From the sequence record OZ317122.1: a stretch of DNA of 64,000 bases; one strand, 5' to 3'. Positions within the stretch are counted from its first letter, which is position 1, and every line of letters begins with the position of its first letter. This DNA is from a phage. Positions 51,630 to 61,451 of this stretch are shown here, piece after piece. The position numbers were made by a program, and so were the translations under genes. A model generated the notes under the pieces. That model was not told the origin of the DNA. It ran no database searches and was given only the letters and a program-made list of their open reading frames with translations.

Positions 51630-52157
51630 TTATGCGAGTACCGTCTTTAACCGTTCTTCAAACTTCCGAAGAGTATTCTGGCGTTCAGCTCTTTGCTTTT
51701 TGTAAGTTTCAATACGCTCTGAAATGAGAGTGTATCGTTCATTTACTGATTCTTTCATAAAATCAGGAATTTCACGAGAAGCTTTAATCTCATCAAATTT
51801 ATCAATAACAGCTTGCTCTTCAGCAATTAAGTTATCATACATCAAAATATCTTTCTTGATGAACTCAATATCTTCTTGAGTTACACGAGATAATTTAGAT
51901 GCTTTATCCTTTTTGTACTGTTCGTTAGTATCACGAGACCAGTGTAATGTACGATTTTTATTCGTATTCTTGTAAATTTCTACAATACCAATCTCATCGA
52001 TAATAACGATCCAATTCCAACGAGATTTGTAAATTTGTCCTCCGTCAACCGTGATTTCACCTCCGATTGAGATGTCATTAAAGAACTTACTTTGTGCTTC
52101 AGATTTAAATTTACCATCGTTGTAATTTACCAGGTTGAAAATATCTTTAGCGTTCAT
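51630..52157 (-). CDS. hypothetical protein
   Basis: 175 aa from MNAKDIF; track extension is translated promoter/leader. Confidence 0.5.
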   Translation of the reverse strand: MNAKDIFNLVNYNDGKFKSEAQSKFFNDISIGGEITVDGGQIYKSRWNWIVIIDEIGIVEIYKNTNKNRTLHWSRDTNEQYKKDKASKLSRVTQEDIEFIKKDILMYDNLIAEEQAVIDKFDEIKASREIPDFMKESVNERYTLISERIETYKKQRAERQNTLRKFEERLKTVLA

Positions 52158-52217
52158 TTTGTGTTCCTCCGTAGTTGATAGTTGTATAGTACCACAGAGG
52201 AACAGTCTTGTAAACAA

Positions 52218-52532
52218 CTAAAAGAAACTTCTTTCACAATTTTTTCCACTGAACCACGCGCTCACTGCTTTCTTAGTCTCAGGAGCAGTGTTATCCATAA
52301 ACCATTCAAAGGCAGCCTTTTTATGATTCTGGAGGGCTTCTCGGGCTTTAATCTGCTCACGGTCTATTAACACTAACATATGAGCCTTTCTTGTCACCAG
52401 GGGCTTCTTATGATTTTTTGAATACTCCCAATCATTTGTCCATCGCATCGTTGTTGCGAATTGAAGTACAGCTTCCTTAATCTTAGTTTCGTAAATTTCA
52501 CGAGCCTTTGAGTATAACATCATTACCTCCAT
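52218..52532 (-). CDS. hypothetical protein
   Basis: 104 aa ORF. Confidence 0.5.
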   Translation of the reverse strand: MEVMMLYSKAREIYETKIKEAVLQFATTMRWTNDWEYSKNHKKPLVTRKAHMLVLIDREQIKAREALQNHKKAAFEWFMDNTAPETKKAVSAWFSGKNCERSFF

Positions 52533-52623
52533 TTACCAGTTTAATTCTAGTCATCTTTTTGATGGCAGTCCCATATAATCTATTTCTGAACTGCCTTTTT
52601 GTCTTAGAAGGCCTCTTATGAAT

Positions 52624-53592
52624 TTATTTCAGAAGAGTAACCGTAGCGATTTCTTCCCAACCGTTTTTGTCGGTCATAATGAAGTCAGCAAGATAAAGAG
52701 CAGTACGCAGTGAAACATTACGTAAACGGTTAACATTGACTTTCATCCATGATAATGCTTTATAAGTTTCTTCATCAGAAAGACCGCGCTTTTGCATCAT
52801 GTCGGTTGAAAGAATAACATCTTCAACCCTGACCATAATTTCTTCATTAGTGTGAACACCCAAATCTAAATAAACTGAGCGGGACACTAATGCTTGTAAA
52901 TGTGGAGCAAGTTTAGTACCACGGTCTAATTCGCGGTCAATATCAACGTTTGTGATAAAAACAATCGTTCCTTTAAATTCAAACTCACGCTCAATGCCTT
53001 TTTCTTCTAAGTAAGAAGATGCAGTGCTCCAGCAGACTTTACGGGTCTCTCCAGTGTCCAGAGCAGCTTTCAGAAGATTAAGAATGTCCATATCAGAGAA
53101 AACATCCACATCATCAATCAAAAGGACAGAATTCTCTTCACGATTATTCCAGAGCTGCTCATAAAGACCGATACCTGAGATTTTACCATTAATGCTTTTA
53201 TACTCAATGTATCCAATATCATTTGCTTTATTTAAAGCTTTATCTAAAGAATACGTTTTACCAATACCCGCCGCACCAGAGATAATTAATGAACGAATGT
53301 TTCCGTTAATAATACCATTCGTCATCATTCCCATAACATTAAATCTTTTATTAATGCGGGTTTTCATATCTTCATATGATTCTTTAACTTCTTCAACTTT
53401 TACACCATCATATGAAATGTCTGATTTGTAAACCCAAACACCGCGACGCTTACCGTCAATTTCAACAAAAACTTTACCATCTCCTTGTGCATCCACCGGA
53501 GCATTATCTGGGAACCATTCGCCTAAGAGCTCAAAAGTTCCAGAGATTTCTTTACCAAAGTAGATACCCTTATTGATAGTTACAGTTTTCAT
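52624..53592 (-). CDS. P-loop NTPase (Walker A GAAGIGKT, Walker B VLLIDDVD)
   Basis: 322 aa from MKTVTINKGIYFG; track ORF over-extended through promoter and terminator. Confidence 0.6.
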   Translation of the reverse strand: MKTVTINKGIYFGKEISGTFELLGEWFPDNAPVDAQGDGKVFVEIDGKRRGVWVYKSDISYDGVKVEEVKESYEDMKTRINKRFNVMGMMTNGIINGNIRSLIISGAAGIGKTYSLDKALNKANDIGYIEYKSINGKISGIGLYEQLWNNREENSVLLIDDVDVFSDMDILNLLKAALDTGETRKVCWSTASSYLEEKGIEREFEFKGTIVFITNVDIDRELDRGTKLAPHLQALVSRSVYLDLGVHTNEEIMVRVEDVILSTDMMQKRGLSDEETYKALSWMKVNVNRLRNVSLRTALYLADFIMTDKNGWEEIATVTLLK

Positions 53593-53687
53593 TTTATTCT
53601 CCAAATCCGTATCAGTTGATAGTTGTATAGTACCATAAAGCTTTATGCTTGTAAACCGTTTTGTGAAAAATTTTTGAAATAAAAAAA

Positions 53688-53705
53688 GGGAGCCCGAAGG
53701 CTCCC
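53688..53705 (-). terminator. UUCG hairpin terminator
   Basis: gggagcc-cgaa-ggctccc preceded by A7 on plus strand. Confidence 0.65.
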
Positions 53706-53707
53706 TA

Positions 53708-54721
53708 TCATTTATAATAACTTCGGTGGTTTTCAAGATAGACCTTCTCAAGGAAGTCATCCCAGAAACCCATGTCTACTTTTTGCTGCATACCGTTCTT
53801 AGAAGCTTCAGTAGATGCTGCTTCTACTTGATCGACCACATCTTCCAAAAACTCTTGAACGGTTTTAAATGGATGTTTACCCAACTTCACGTCGAGAATA
53901 AATGGAGCGTCTTGAAGTGGATAGACTAAGTCGCCAGTTTTGTAAATTTCCAATAGTTGGAGTCCACCACGGCAAGCATGACTCAAAGCTTTCCAGTCAA
54001 TACCTTCATTGGCTTCGGCCTTACGAGCACGTTCACCGTATTCAGCATCTAATTTATTCAGTGACTGCTTAAGCTCAATAAGAGAAAGCGTTGTCTGATA
54101 TTTACGACCCAACACTGTGTAGAACGTTTGTGGGCCTGTTTTCTCATGATTATGGAACACCCATTCACAGAATTCGTTTTCTGGAAGACGATGCTTAATA
54201 TCTTCAACTTTAGTACGACGCTGCTTAATGGAACCGTCTTCTTGGTAATCAACCCATTGCTCAGGGATTTGATTAACTACTTTCAATACATCACGCAATG
54301 CGGCCAAACGAGAACCCTTAACACCATATTTAGAAGCTTGCTTGCGGACATATCCTAAATAGGATTTCATGTTAGTCGTATAAAAACGAGAACGATTGTC
54401 TTGAATAAACTTCCATACATCAGGCAAATCTGATTTAACCACTAGCTCAGGTGGAGTGTGAAGCATATCCAACGCTACAGTTTCACCATCTGCTGCTAAT
54501 TTAAAGAAATATTTAAGACTGTATAGTTCATGGTCAATATCATCTTTAGTGTTTTTAGATGATGTGTTGTTAGTGTTTTTACTCATGTGCTCTTTGACAT
54601 TTCCGATAAGAATATCGCGAGCAGGAGGAACAAAGATTTCTTTAAAATCGACATCAGATTCTGGTGTAGAAGTTCCATAAAGATGACTACCAAAATAACT
54701 TTTCATTACTGTTTTCATCAT
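53708..54721 (-). CDS. nucleotidyltransferase-fold protein (Pol-beta superfamily signature)
   Basis: 337 aa; YFGSHLYGTSTPESDVDF fits GS-x3-G-x5-SD[IV]D. Confidence 0.55.
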   Translation of the reverse strand: MMKTVMKSYFGSHLYGTSTPESDVDFKEIFVPPARDILIGNVKEHMSKNTNNTSSKNTKDDIDHELYSLKYFFKLAADGETVALDMLHTPPELVVKSDLPDVWKFIQDNRSRFYTTNMKSYLGYVRKQASKYGVKGSRLAALRDVLKVVNQIPEQWVDYQEDGSIKQRRTKVEDIKHRLPENEFCEWVFHNHEKTGPQTFYTVLGRKYQTTLSLIELKQSLNKLDAEYGERARKAEANEGIDWKALSHACRGGLQLLEIYKTGDLVYPLQDAPFILDVKLGKHPFKTVQEFLEDVVDQVEAASTEASKNGMQQKVDMGFWDDFLEKVYLENHRSYYK

Positions 54722-55179
54722 TCAGCCTTATATTCAATAACAGGACACACTTTAGCTTTACGAGCTTTTAAAAATTCGACGATAATAGATTTCTTGGGTT
54801 GAATAGGAGGTAAACCTTTATACGCCCTATCAATATTTTCTACATGTAAAGCATAATCCTTTTTCCATTTATAATCTTTATATTTTTCATGCAGTTGTGC
54901 AGGAATAACAAATGAACCAATAATAAGTAAAATAAGCAAAATGGCAAGTATAAATGCTGATGGAATAAGAGTCCATAAACTACCAAAAATAAGCCATTTC
55001 TGTATGATTTCTGCACAGATAATAGTTAGACCTGCGAGTATAGTACATCCGAAAAAAGAAACGAAAAATGTAGGGATAACAATAGACCAAAAGTATGCAC
55101 ACAGTGTCTTAGGTCGTTTCCATTCGTCGTTAAACAGTTTGAATAATTTATAGTGCCAAGAGTTTTCATTAATAATCAT
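54718..55179 (-). CDS. integral membrane protein
   Basis: 153 aa, several hydrophobic helices. Confidence 0.55.
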   Translation of the reverse strand: MIINENSWHYKLFKLFNDEWKRPKTLCAYFWSIVIPTFFVSFFGCTILAGLTIICAEIIQKWLIFGSLWTLIPSAFILAILLILLIIGSFVIPAQLHEKYKDYKWKKDYALHVENIDRAYKGLPPIQPKKSIIVEFLKARKAKVCPVIEYKAE

Positions 55180-55181
55180 AA

Positions 55182-55703
55182 TTATCCTTTCATTGAAGGT
55201 GTAACAGTTGTTAAATACTTAATCATAGCTTCAGCTTCTGATTTTGATAATGAAATTTCTCCATTGTTTTGACGAATAGAAATAAAATCCGGATGACGGT
55301 CACCACCAGCTTTTAAAACACACATATAAGTATCAGTTTCATCTTCAATATCTGAAATGATTGAAGCAGTTCCACATGAATGTGGTTTTTGATAAATCAA
55401 TACAGCTTTTCTTCCACCGTTTGACTGCTCATAAACTTTTAACACATCAAACAAATCGCTTCTTTTATCAATAGCTAAGATGTTGTTTTCATCTTCAATA
55501 TTAAATCCTTCGGATACTTCATAAAGTGTCACCCATAAATCACCAATATCAATAACAGCGTTCACTTTTCCATGACTTTCAAGAGCATTACAAATTTTCT
55601 TAATTTCATCATAACTCATTTTAATAATATCATCTCCTTGAATAAGGAAGATGTCATTTTTAAATTCAACACGAATTAAACCACTTCCACTTGAAATAAA
55701 CAT
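55182..55703 (-). CDS. hypothetical protein (tandem paralog of next gene)
   Basis: 173 aa; C-terminus MIKYLTTVTPSMKG. Confidence 0.5.
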   Translation of the reverse strand: MFISSGSGLIRVEFKNDIFLIQGDDIIKMSYDEIKKICNALESHGKVNAVIDIGDLWVTLYEVSEGFNIEDENNILAIDKRSDLFDVLKVYEQSNGGRKAVLIYQKPHSCGTASIISDIEDETDTYMCVLKAGGDRHPDFISIRQNNGEISLSKSEAEAMIKYLTTVTPSMKG

Positions 55704-55709
55704 ATTTCC

Positions 55710-56267
55710 TCACTTTGAAATCATAGTTGGAATGACAGAATCGAGATAAGTCTTTAGCGCAATAGCTTCGTCTTTGGTAAATGTGACAATATACGATCGA
55801 AAATCATCAATTTGACGAATAGTTAAGACATCACCATCTTCATAGCATTTTGATACGTTTAAAACAGTTTCATCATTCTGATTGCAAGCGTTAGTAATAA
55901 TAGCATTGCAATTTTTGAGCCATTTTAAACTATGTTTTCTTTCATTAGAATAATAAAAATATTTAATCTTATCTATAAAACTATCCCAATGGATAACTGA
56001 TAAACACATTGACTCACTTTTAATATTAAATCCTGGGCATGAAGAATAAAAATGAATTTTGTGCTCATCATTGATGCTTACTATTTTATCAGTATAAGGA
56101 TATTCAATTTGGGTTAAATGAATGATTTCACTAGGCGTAAAATATAGCATATCGTCTTCTTGTGTCAAACGATACATATTATTTACTTTTTCTATAGCTA
56201 ATTCACCAAAAAGCGGACTAACTTCTAATACTAATCGTTTCATATTGATTCTCTTCGACTCACCCAC
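55710..56267 (-). CDS. hypothetical protein (tandem paralog of previous gene)
   Basis: 185 aa; C-terminus LKTYLDSVIPTMISK; probable GTG start with AAGGAG SD. Confidence 0.5.
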   Translation of the reverse strand: MGESKRINMKRLVLEVSPLFGELAIEKVNNMYRLTQEDDMLYFTPSEIIHLTQIEYPYTDKIVSINDEHKIHFYSSCPGFNIKSESMCLSVIHWDSFIDKIKYFYYSNERKHSLKWLKNCNAIITNACNQNDETVLNVSKCYEDGDVLTIRQIDDFRSYIVTFTKDEAIALKTYLDSVIPTMISK

Positions 56268-56434
56268 AATTACATACTCCTTTGAATAATATCAATAATG
56301 TTGTTCACCAGATTATAAGTAAACATTGGATAATTATATTGAATCATCACATACACAACAAACAAAACTTTCATTCTCTTCTCCTTGGCAGTTGACAAGA
56401 TTACTATATCATAACCTTGCCAACTTGTAAACCA

Positions 56435-56608
56435 TTAAATGACGTTTTCAATAAAATTCTGAAGCTTTGTGTGAGCATCAACCATGATTTTCATTTCTTC
56501 CTTTGCGAAAGCTGTACCTCTTTCCCTAGCAGAATACTCATAGTCAGAAACTGCATTAGCATATTCTTCAATTAGCTTCATTAAAAACATCTGCTTTTCA
56601 GTTTTCAT
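56435..56608 (-). CDS. small hypothetical protein
   Basis: 57 aa by hand translation (MKTEKQMFLMKLIEEYANAV...). Confidence 0.4.
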   Translation of the reverse strand: MKTEKQMFLMKLIEEYANAVSDYEYSARERGTAFAKEEMKIMVDAHTKLQNFIENVI

Positions 56609-56792
56609 TATTCCACCTAATCATTTCAAGATATTGAACTAACTTAGCTTTGGATTTATCCAAATCCTTTTTAGCTGCTTCTATACCATCGTATGAGTAT
56701 CCTTCACAATGCTCAACTGCTAATTGATATGAATCTATTTCAACATCACGTGCTAATTTAATAATTTTTTCAAACTGTTCACGTGTTAGCAT
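56598..56792 (-). CDS. hypothetical protein
   Basis: 64 aa ORF. Confidence 0.45.
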   Translation of the reverse strand: MLTREQFEKIIKLARDVEIDSYQLAVEHCEGYSYDGIEAAKKDLDKSKAKLVQYLEMIRWNNEN

Positions 56793-56794
56793 AC

Positions 56795-56998
56795 TTAAAC
56801 TCTCGTATTATGATCGATAATTTCATCAAGAAACATATCTAAAGCTTCTACAGCATTATCAACTTTAGCTTCAAATTTTTCAATACCTTTATTTGCAATG
56901 CCTGCCGAAAACCAAGCAAAGTCACTAAGTTCCTCATCTGCTTTGCGAATTAAAGCTACCAATTCTTTAATTTTATCTGCTTGTTCAATTCTAGTCAT
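56795..56998 (-). CDS. hypothetical protein
   Basis: about 67 aa from [12 protein letters not shown]. Confidence 0.45.
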   Translation of the reverse strand: MTRIEQADKIKELVALIRKADEELSDFAWFSAGIANKGIEKFEAKVDNAVEALDMFLDEIIDHNTRV

Positions 56999-57231
56999 TA
57001 TTCCACCACATATGAAAGAGAGAATATTGCACACGCCATATGAGTTGCAGCTTCATCACACATATCATAACGTTTCTTAAGAAGTTCTACAAGTTCTTCA
57101 CTAGTAACTTCATCCATGTCGACGAAAAAATCACCATTAATGATGACGTAGATATTTCCTTCTTGATTAAGTGCTTCAATTTTCATGATGTTCTCCTCTT
57201 TATCCGATAGTTGTATAGTATCACAGCTCAA
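56998..57231 (-). CDS. hypothetical protein
   Basis: about 58 aa from MKIEALNQ; conserved leader upstream. Confidence 0.45.
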   Translation of the reverse strand: MSCDTIQLSDKEENIMKIEALNQEGNIYVIINGDFFVDMDEVTSEELVELLKKRYDMCDEAATHMACAIFSLSYVVE

Positions 57232-57259
57232 ATGGAAAGTAAACCGGTAAAATGAAAAA

Positions 57260-57277
57260 AGTCTCCCGAAGGAGACT
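57260..57277 (-). terminator. UUCG hairpin terminator
   Basis: agtctcc-cgaa-ggagact preceded by A6. Confidence 0.6.
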
Positions 57278-57281
57278 AATG

Positions 57282-57668
57282 TTATTCGAGGGAAAGAAGA
57301 TATTTACTCTGGTAAAACATCCCAGTAATATCATCTATCGTGCTTTGAATGGCTGGAGGCATTTCTTTATAAATGCTGTTAGATTGGTCTAGTATGCGAT
57401 CAATCATTTTAATTGTGTCAGTAGGAAGTTTACTGGCATCTGGAATAGAAGGCGTGTATTTTCTACCAGAATACCCCAAATATTGCTCACCAAATTTATC
57501 AATCAAATCTGGCAACTCAGAGAAAATAAAATCGTATGCTTTGTGTCTAGCATAACTTTTAGTTTCAAAATGCGCAGAATGAAAATAAGCTTGTGCAGCC
57601 ATTAATAAACCTAAGTATTCATCTGCCTTTGAAGGTTTTCCACTTTGTGAAAAGTCGCTGAATTTCAT
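57282..57668 (-). CDS. hypothetical protein (rI.-1 position)
   Basis: 128 aa ORF. Confidence 0.5.
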   Translation of the reverse strand: MKFSDFSQSGKPSKADEYLGLLMAAQAYFHSAHFETKSYARHKAYDFIFSELPDLIDKFGEQYLGYSGRKYTPSIPDASKLPTDTIKMIDRILDQSNSIYKEMPPAIQSTIDDITGMFYQSKYLLSLE

Positions 57669-57958
57669 TCAGTCTCCAATTTAATGTTCATAATTCTAGC
57701 GTATGATTGTGCCATCTCCGCGCCTCGCTCTATACATTCAAAATCGGAAGAGCACGGGTCATTTTTATAAGTCGTTCGCATAAAACTATAGAACTGTTCA
57801 GATGATTCTACGCTTTTGTTTTCAAAAAGCATATAAACGTGTCTAATACCAGATTCCATAAATTTATCAAAATGAGGATCGACATTCGCTTCAATTGGTG
57901 GAGATAAAGCAAACGCTAATCCTAGCATGGCAAATAGTGCCGTTGCTTTTAAGGCCAT
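57665..57958 (-). CDS. rI: lysis inhibition regulator rI
   Basis: 97 aa with N-terminal signal/anchor MALKATALFAMLGLAFALSPPIEA. Confidence 0.75.
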   Translation of the reverse strand: MALKATALFAMLGLAFALSPPIEANVDPHFDKFMESGIRHVYMLFENKSVESSEQFYSFMRTTYKNDPCSSDFECIERGAEMAQSYARIMNIKLETE

Positions 57959-57987
57959 AAAGGCCTCCTATCATTTTTGTCCTGTAT

Positions 57988-58182
57988 TTACTTTATGCCG
58001 ATGCACGGCCTTAACTTTATCAAGGTATTTTCAAAATTTCGCAATCTAGTATAGTCTGCCGGAGATTGGTTGAGTGATACTTCTCGACGCAAAGCTGAAA
58101 TGATATTTCCAACTTCCCTACGAATTTCATCTAATTGAAGCACAGTAAGATTGCGAAGTTGCTTTTCAGTTAATTGTAGCAT
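57988..58182 (-). CDS. hypothetical protein
   Basis: 64 aa ORF. Confidence 0.45.
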   Translation of the reverse strand: MLQLTEKQLRNLTVLQLDEIRREVGNIISALRREVSLNQSPADYTRLRNFENTLIKLRPCIGIK

Positions 58183-58224
58183 ATATACCCCTTTAGTTAG
58201 ATAAACCTATTTATAACTTTTGCA

Positions 58225-58806
58225 CTAACCGAGCTTTTTAGTTAATTCATTCCAATGTTTTCTACACAAAGAAACATAAATTTCATCACCAATACAGATT
58301 TGATTACCTTCTTTAACTGGTGTTCCATCTTCCGTTAATCGAGCTGTCATAATCGCTTTTTTACCGCAATGACAAACCGCCTTTAGTTCAATAAGTTTAT
58401 CTGCAATCGCTAAAAGTTCTTTAGAACCTTCAAACAATTTTCCAGCGAAATCAGTCCTTAATCCATAAGCCATAACAGGAACATTATATGTATCAACAAT
58501 TCGACTTAATTGATGCACCTGTTCAGTTTTTAAAAACTGAGCTTCATCTACAAATACGCAATGAATATCTTTTTGTGCTTCAGCCCATTTATAGAACTCG
58601 AAAATATCCATATCATCTGTAATAATATTTGCTTCCTGCCTAATTCCAATGCGAGAAACGACTTCACAGACAGAATCGCGAGTATCAATAGCAGGCTTAA
58701 GAACTAATACACCCATTCCGCGTTCTTTATAATTATGTGCAGCAGTCAAAAGAGAAGCAGATTTTCCAGCATTCATTGCTGCGTAAGTAAAAATTAAACT
58801 CGCCAT
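58225..58806 (-). CDS. tk: thymidine kinase
   Basis: 193 aa; P-loop MNAGKS; C-terminal zinc ribbon CHCGKK...C..HW. Confidence 0.9.
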   Translation of the reverse strand: MASLIFTYAAMNAGKSASLLTAAHNYKERGMGVLVLKPAIDTRDSVCEVVSRIGIRQEANIITDDMDIFEFYKWAEAQKDIHCVFVDEAQFLKTEQVHQLSRIVDTYNVPVMAYGLRTDFAGKLFEGSKELLAIADKLIELKAVCHCGKKAIMTARLTEDGTPVKEGNQICIGDEIYVSLCRKHWNELTKKLG

Positions 58807-58815
58807 ATCACCTTC

Positions 58816-59001
58816 TTAAAGCATATTCACATAAGCTATTAATTCGTTTTCTTTCTTATCAAACCGATCAGCAAATTCTTCTTGCTGTTCGGGAGATAGC
58901 GGGCCGTATTCATCATAAAAGGTGTTTGCTTCTGTATGCTCATCTAGAAGTTCATGGATAAGCTCAAACAATTTATCTTTTTGTTCTTTACTCAGACTCA
59001 T
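58816..59001 (-). CDS. small acidic protein
   Basis: 61 aa ORF. Confidence 0.45.
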   Translation of the reverse strand: MSLSKEQKDKLFELIHELLDEHTEANTFYDEYGPLSPEQQEEFADRFDKKENELIAYVNML

Positions 59002-59171
59002 ATATTAATTTCCAGGAGTTTTAAAATAATTCGCTTTTGCTTAAATATTTCCATAGTTAAATGACCAGTATCTTTTTGACCGATTCCAATGGCAAAACCT
59101 TTATTAACAGCGAGTTCAATTAAATTATCAAGCTCACGTAACACTTCATACTGTAACTCAAAACTATTCAT
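58998..59171 (-). CDS. small hypothetical protein
   Basis: 57 aa by hand translation (MNSFELQYEVLREL...). Confidence 0.4.
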   Translation of the reverse strand: MNSFELQYEVLRELDNLIELAVNKGFAIGIGQKDTGHLTMEIFKQKRIILKLLEINI

Positions 59172-59380
59172 TTCGGTTTACCTTCTTTAACGAAATCTGG
59201 ATAAGGATAAAATCCCGAATAAAATCCTTCACCTTTATGATTGATGCATCCTTTATTAGAACAATAGCACCAATAATCGAAATCACAAGCCATTTCATCG
59301 TTGCATAAAGCAAAAACAACTGGCCATTTACACTTTTCACAATGGGCATTTTTAAGAATACTAGTTTGGCTCATAACCAT
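59168..59380 (-). CDS. Cys-rich small protein
   Basis: 70 aa; CEKCKW...C...C.C...C.NHKG. Confidence 0.45.
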   Translation of the reverse strand: MVMSQTSILKNAHCEKCKWPVVFALCNDEMACDFDYWCYCSNKGCINHKGEGFYSGFYPYPDFVKEGKPK

Positions 59381-59598
59381 GTAACCTTTAAGCAGTATTC
59401 TTCTACATGCTGTTTACGACCTTTCTTATCAATAAAGGTATATTCAACGAATGTTCCAATGTAGTCTTTATCTACATCATGCGGACTATTAATTGGACAT
59501 TTAGTACGGCAAATGCGTTCCCATTGACGAATAATTACTGCCTTATTCTTTGGGTCATATGGATGTGGATAATGTATATTCATAATAACGGTTCCCAA
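59371..59598 (-). CDS. hypothetical protein
   Basis: 75 aa ORF. Confidence 0.45.
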   Translation of the reverse strand: MGTVIMNIHYPHPYDPKNKAVIIRQWERICRTKCPINSPHDVDKDYIGTFVEYTFIDKKGRKQHVEEYCLKVTWL

Positions 59599-60047
59599 TC
59601 AACAATCACAATTTCTAATTTAGAGGAATATGTATCTAAAATCCCCTCAATAATATCCCAGTTCCCTTTACCTATGCCTGCACCAATCCTAGGCATATAG
59701 ATTGTAGGTTTAATCAGTTTATTTTCACCAAACTCATTTAATTCTAACATACAATTCATTAAAGCGGAATACTCAAAATTTGGCCCTGGTTGAAATTGAG
59801 TATAAAGGTTGAAGCAATACGCTTTATGAGTCCTAAAGTATTTTTCATAGACTGAGTAAGAACCGAGTTTAGTTACATCACCCCATTCAGTCTGTAATTT
59901 ATCAGCTTCCAAAATTTTAGGGAAAGCTTTGGTTAATTGACCCGCTACGCCTGAACCCATAGTATGAAAACAATTGCATCCATGCGCAATATTTTTACCT
60001 TCAGCGAAAAGGGCGACAATATCGCCCTTGATATATTTTACAATCAT
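59580..60047 (-). CDS. macro-domain protein (putative ADP-ribose binding/hydrolase)
   Basis: 155 aa; KGDIVALF, GSGVAGQL and PRIGAGIGKG resemble macro-domain motifs. Confidence 0.5.
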   Translation of the reverse strand: MIVKYIKGDIVALFAEGKNIAHGCNCFHTMGSGVAGQLTKAFPKILEADKLQTEWGDVTKLGSYSVYEKYFRTHKAYCFNLYTQFQPGPNFEYSALMNCMLELNEFGENKLIKPTIYMPRIGAGIGKGNWDIIEGILDTYSSKLEIVIVDWEPLL

Positions 60048-60385
60048 CTAGTACTCAATCCTCGATTATAAGAATCTACCAAACGGTCAACCATTGAATG
60101 ACAAGCGGCTTTATCTTTCTCCTCCGCAACTGAACATTCTAAGGTATTCCACTTTTTAGCATATCGTTTTAATAATGTATCGTTTTTGTATCTGCTTGAT
60201 TTATCTCTTTCTCCGTCTTTATATGCATATATTAATTTCTGCGCAAATTCAGCTTGGCATGCTTTATTTTTCCCACAATAATCTGCCGCAGTGCGATTTA
60301 CATATTCTCTAATTTCAGTATATGATGTATCTGCTAACGCAGAAAATGAAATTAATCCTATACATAAAACCAAAATTTTAGTCAT
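60044..60385 (-). CDS. secreted protein (signal peptide)
   Basis: 113 aa; MTKILVLCIGLISFSALA. Confidence 0.5.
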   Translation of the reverse strand: MTKILVLCIGLISFSALADTSYTEIREYVNRTAADYCGKNKACQAEFAQKLIYAYKDGERDKSSRYKNDTLLKRYAKKWNTLECSVAEEKDKAACHSMVDRLVDSYNRGLSTR

Positions 60386-60923
60386 TTACTATTTCCAAAA
60401 GTTTATTATTTTTAAGGTAATTAGCCTTTTCTAGGACTTCAGAAGCATATTTAGAACCTGCTTTAACATTCCATCCCGAATTATAAGAGGATATTGCTTT
60501 TCTTATATCGCCCTTATGTATATTTAACCAATAAGAAAGTTCAATGTACGCCCAGGAAGCTGAATTGGACCGTTTATTCAACATTCTTTTTATTTCAGCA
60601 TCGGTCATATTATAACCAAGTTCCTTAACTCTTGCTCGCATAGTAGGCAAATAATTTTGGAACATTCCATAAGCGTGATGCTTTGGTTTAGATTTTAAAT
60701 TAACTCCGCCAGAGCTTTCTTGCCATAAAATAGCAGCCATTATATGACCTAATCCGCTCTTGTGGATATTTTTGTGTGTTTTATATTTTCCATCCTTAGA
60801 AAATTGTTCCCCGAATTGATACGCGTAACGCATGTTATCGAGTTGGACATTACTGAAAGTATGCTCGGAGCTATGTGCCATCATTGAAATGGCCAATAGA
60901 CCAGCGAGTAGTGCTTTTCTCAT
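60378..60923 (-). CDS. secreted lytic transglycosylase-like protein
   Basis: 181 aa; signal peptide; SLT-like ILWQESSGG catalytic region. Confidence 0.55.
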   Translation of the reverse strand: MRKALLAGLLAISMMAHSSEHTFSNVQLDNMRYAYQFGEQFSKDGKYKTHKNIHKSGLGHIMAAILWQESSGGVNLKSKPKHHAYGMFQNYLPTMRARVKELGYNMTDAEIKRMLNKRSNSASWAYIELSYWLNIHKGDIRKAISSYNSGWNVKAGSKYASEVLEKANYLKNNKLLEIVND

Positions 60924-60930
60924 GCTTACC

Positions 60931-61392
60931 TCATTGAGTTTTAATTACTGCTTTAGAAGCCTTTCCTGGTAAACGACGACTATTGATAATTGCCATCCTG
61001 CATTGAAGCGACGGGTCTTTGAACTTCGCATTAGGTTTACAAACTGTAAATCCAAGCCAAAGATTTCCATCTGTGATTTCTAAACGTCCAGGACGGTATT
61101 CAACCCCATCAATAAAATCCTCATCAATGTCAGGACGCGGAGGCATACTCAGGAATTCATTAACTTCTAAAACATGGTCTTTTATTTTGTGGAATAATTC
61201 AAAAACATATGTCTCATCAATCTCCCGTTGAATTGCACGATCAAGAAGATGCTGAGAATATTTTAGATGAAACGATGAGACCCCTGCTGCTTTTGATGCC
61301 TCACGAATCTCATTGTTAATTTGACGAAACTCCGACTCAAAATGACGACGAAGCTTATTTCGACGGATAAAAACTTCTGTATTGATAGTCAT
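60931..61392 (-). CDS. regB: RegB site-specific endoribonuclease
   Basis: 153 aa; MTINTEVFIRRNKLRRHFESEFRQ. Confidence 0.85.
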   Translation of the reverse strand: MTINTEVFIRRNKLRRHFESEFRQINNEIREASKAAGVSSFHLKYSQHLLDRAIQREIDETYVFELFHKIKDHVLEVNEFLSMPPRPDIDEDFIDGVEYRPGRLEITDGNLWLGFTVCKPNAKFKDPSLQCRMAIINSRRLPGKASKAVIKTQ

Positions 61393-61451
61393 GTTGTTCT
61401 CCTCTTAACTGATAGAAAAATTATACCACAGTCAAGAGGAAAAGTAAACAG

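Noticed and set aside
52624-53760. Long N-terminal extensions of track ORFs (also 26244-26303, 52158-52217, 48187-49237, 7582-7620)
   Set aside because: The extensions run through promoter, leader or terminator sequence, lack an SD and begin at non-ATG or unsupported codons; starts were moved to the first ATG with a Shine-Dalgarno sequence.
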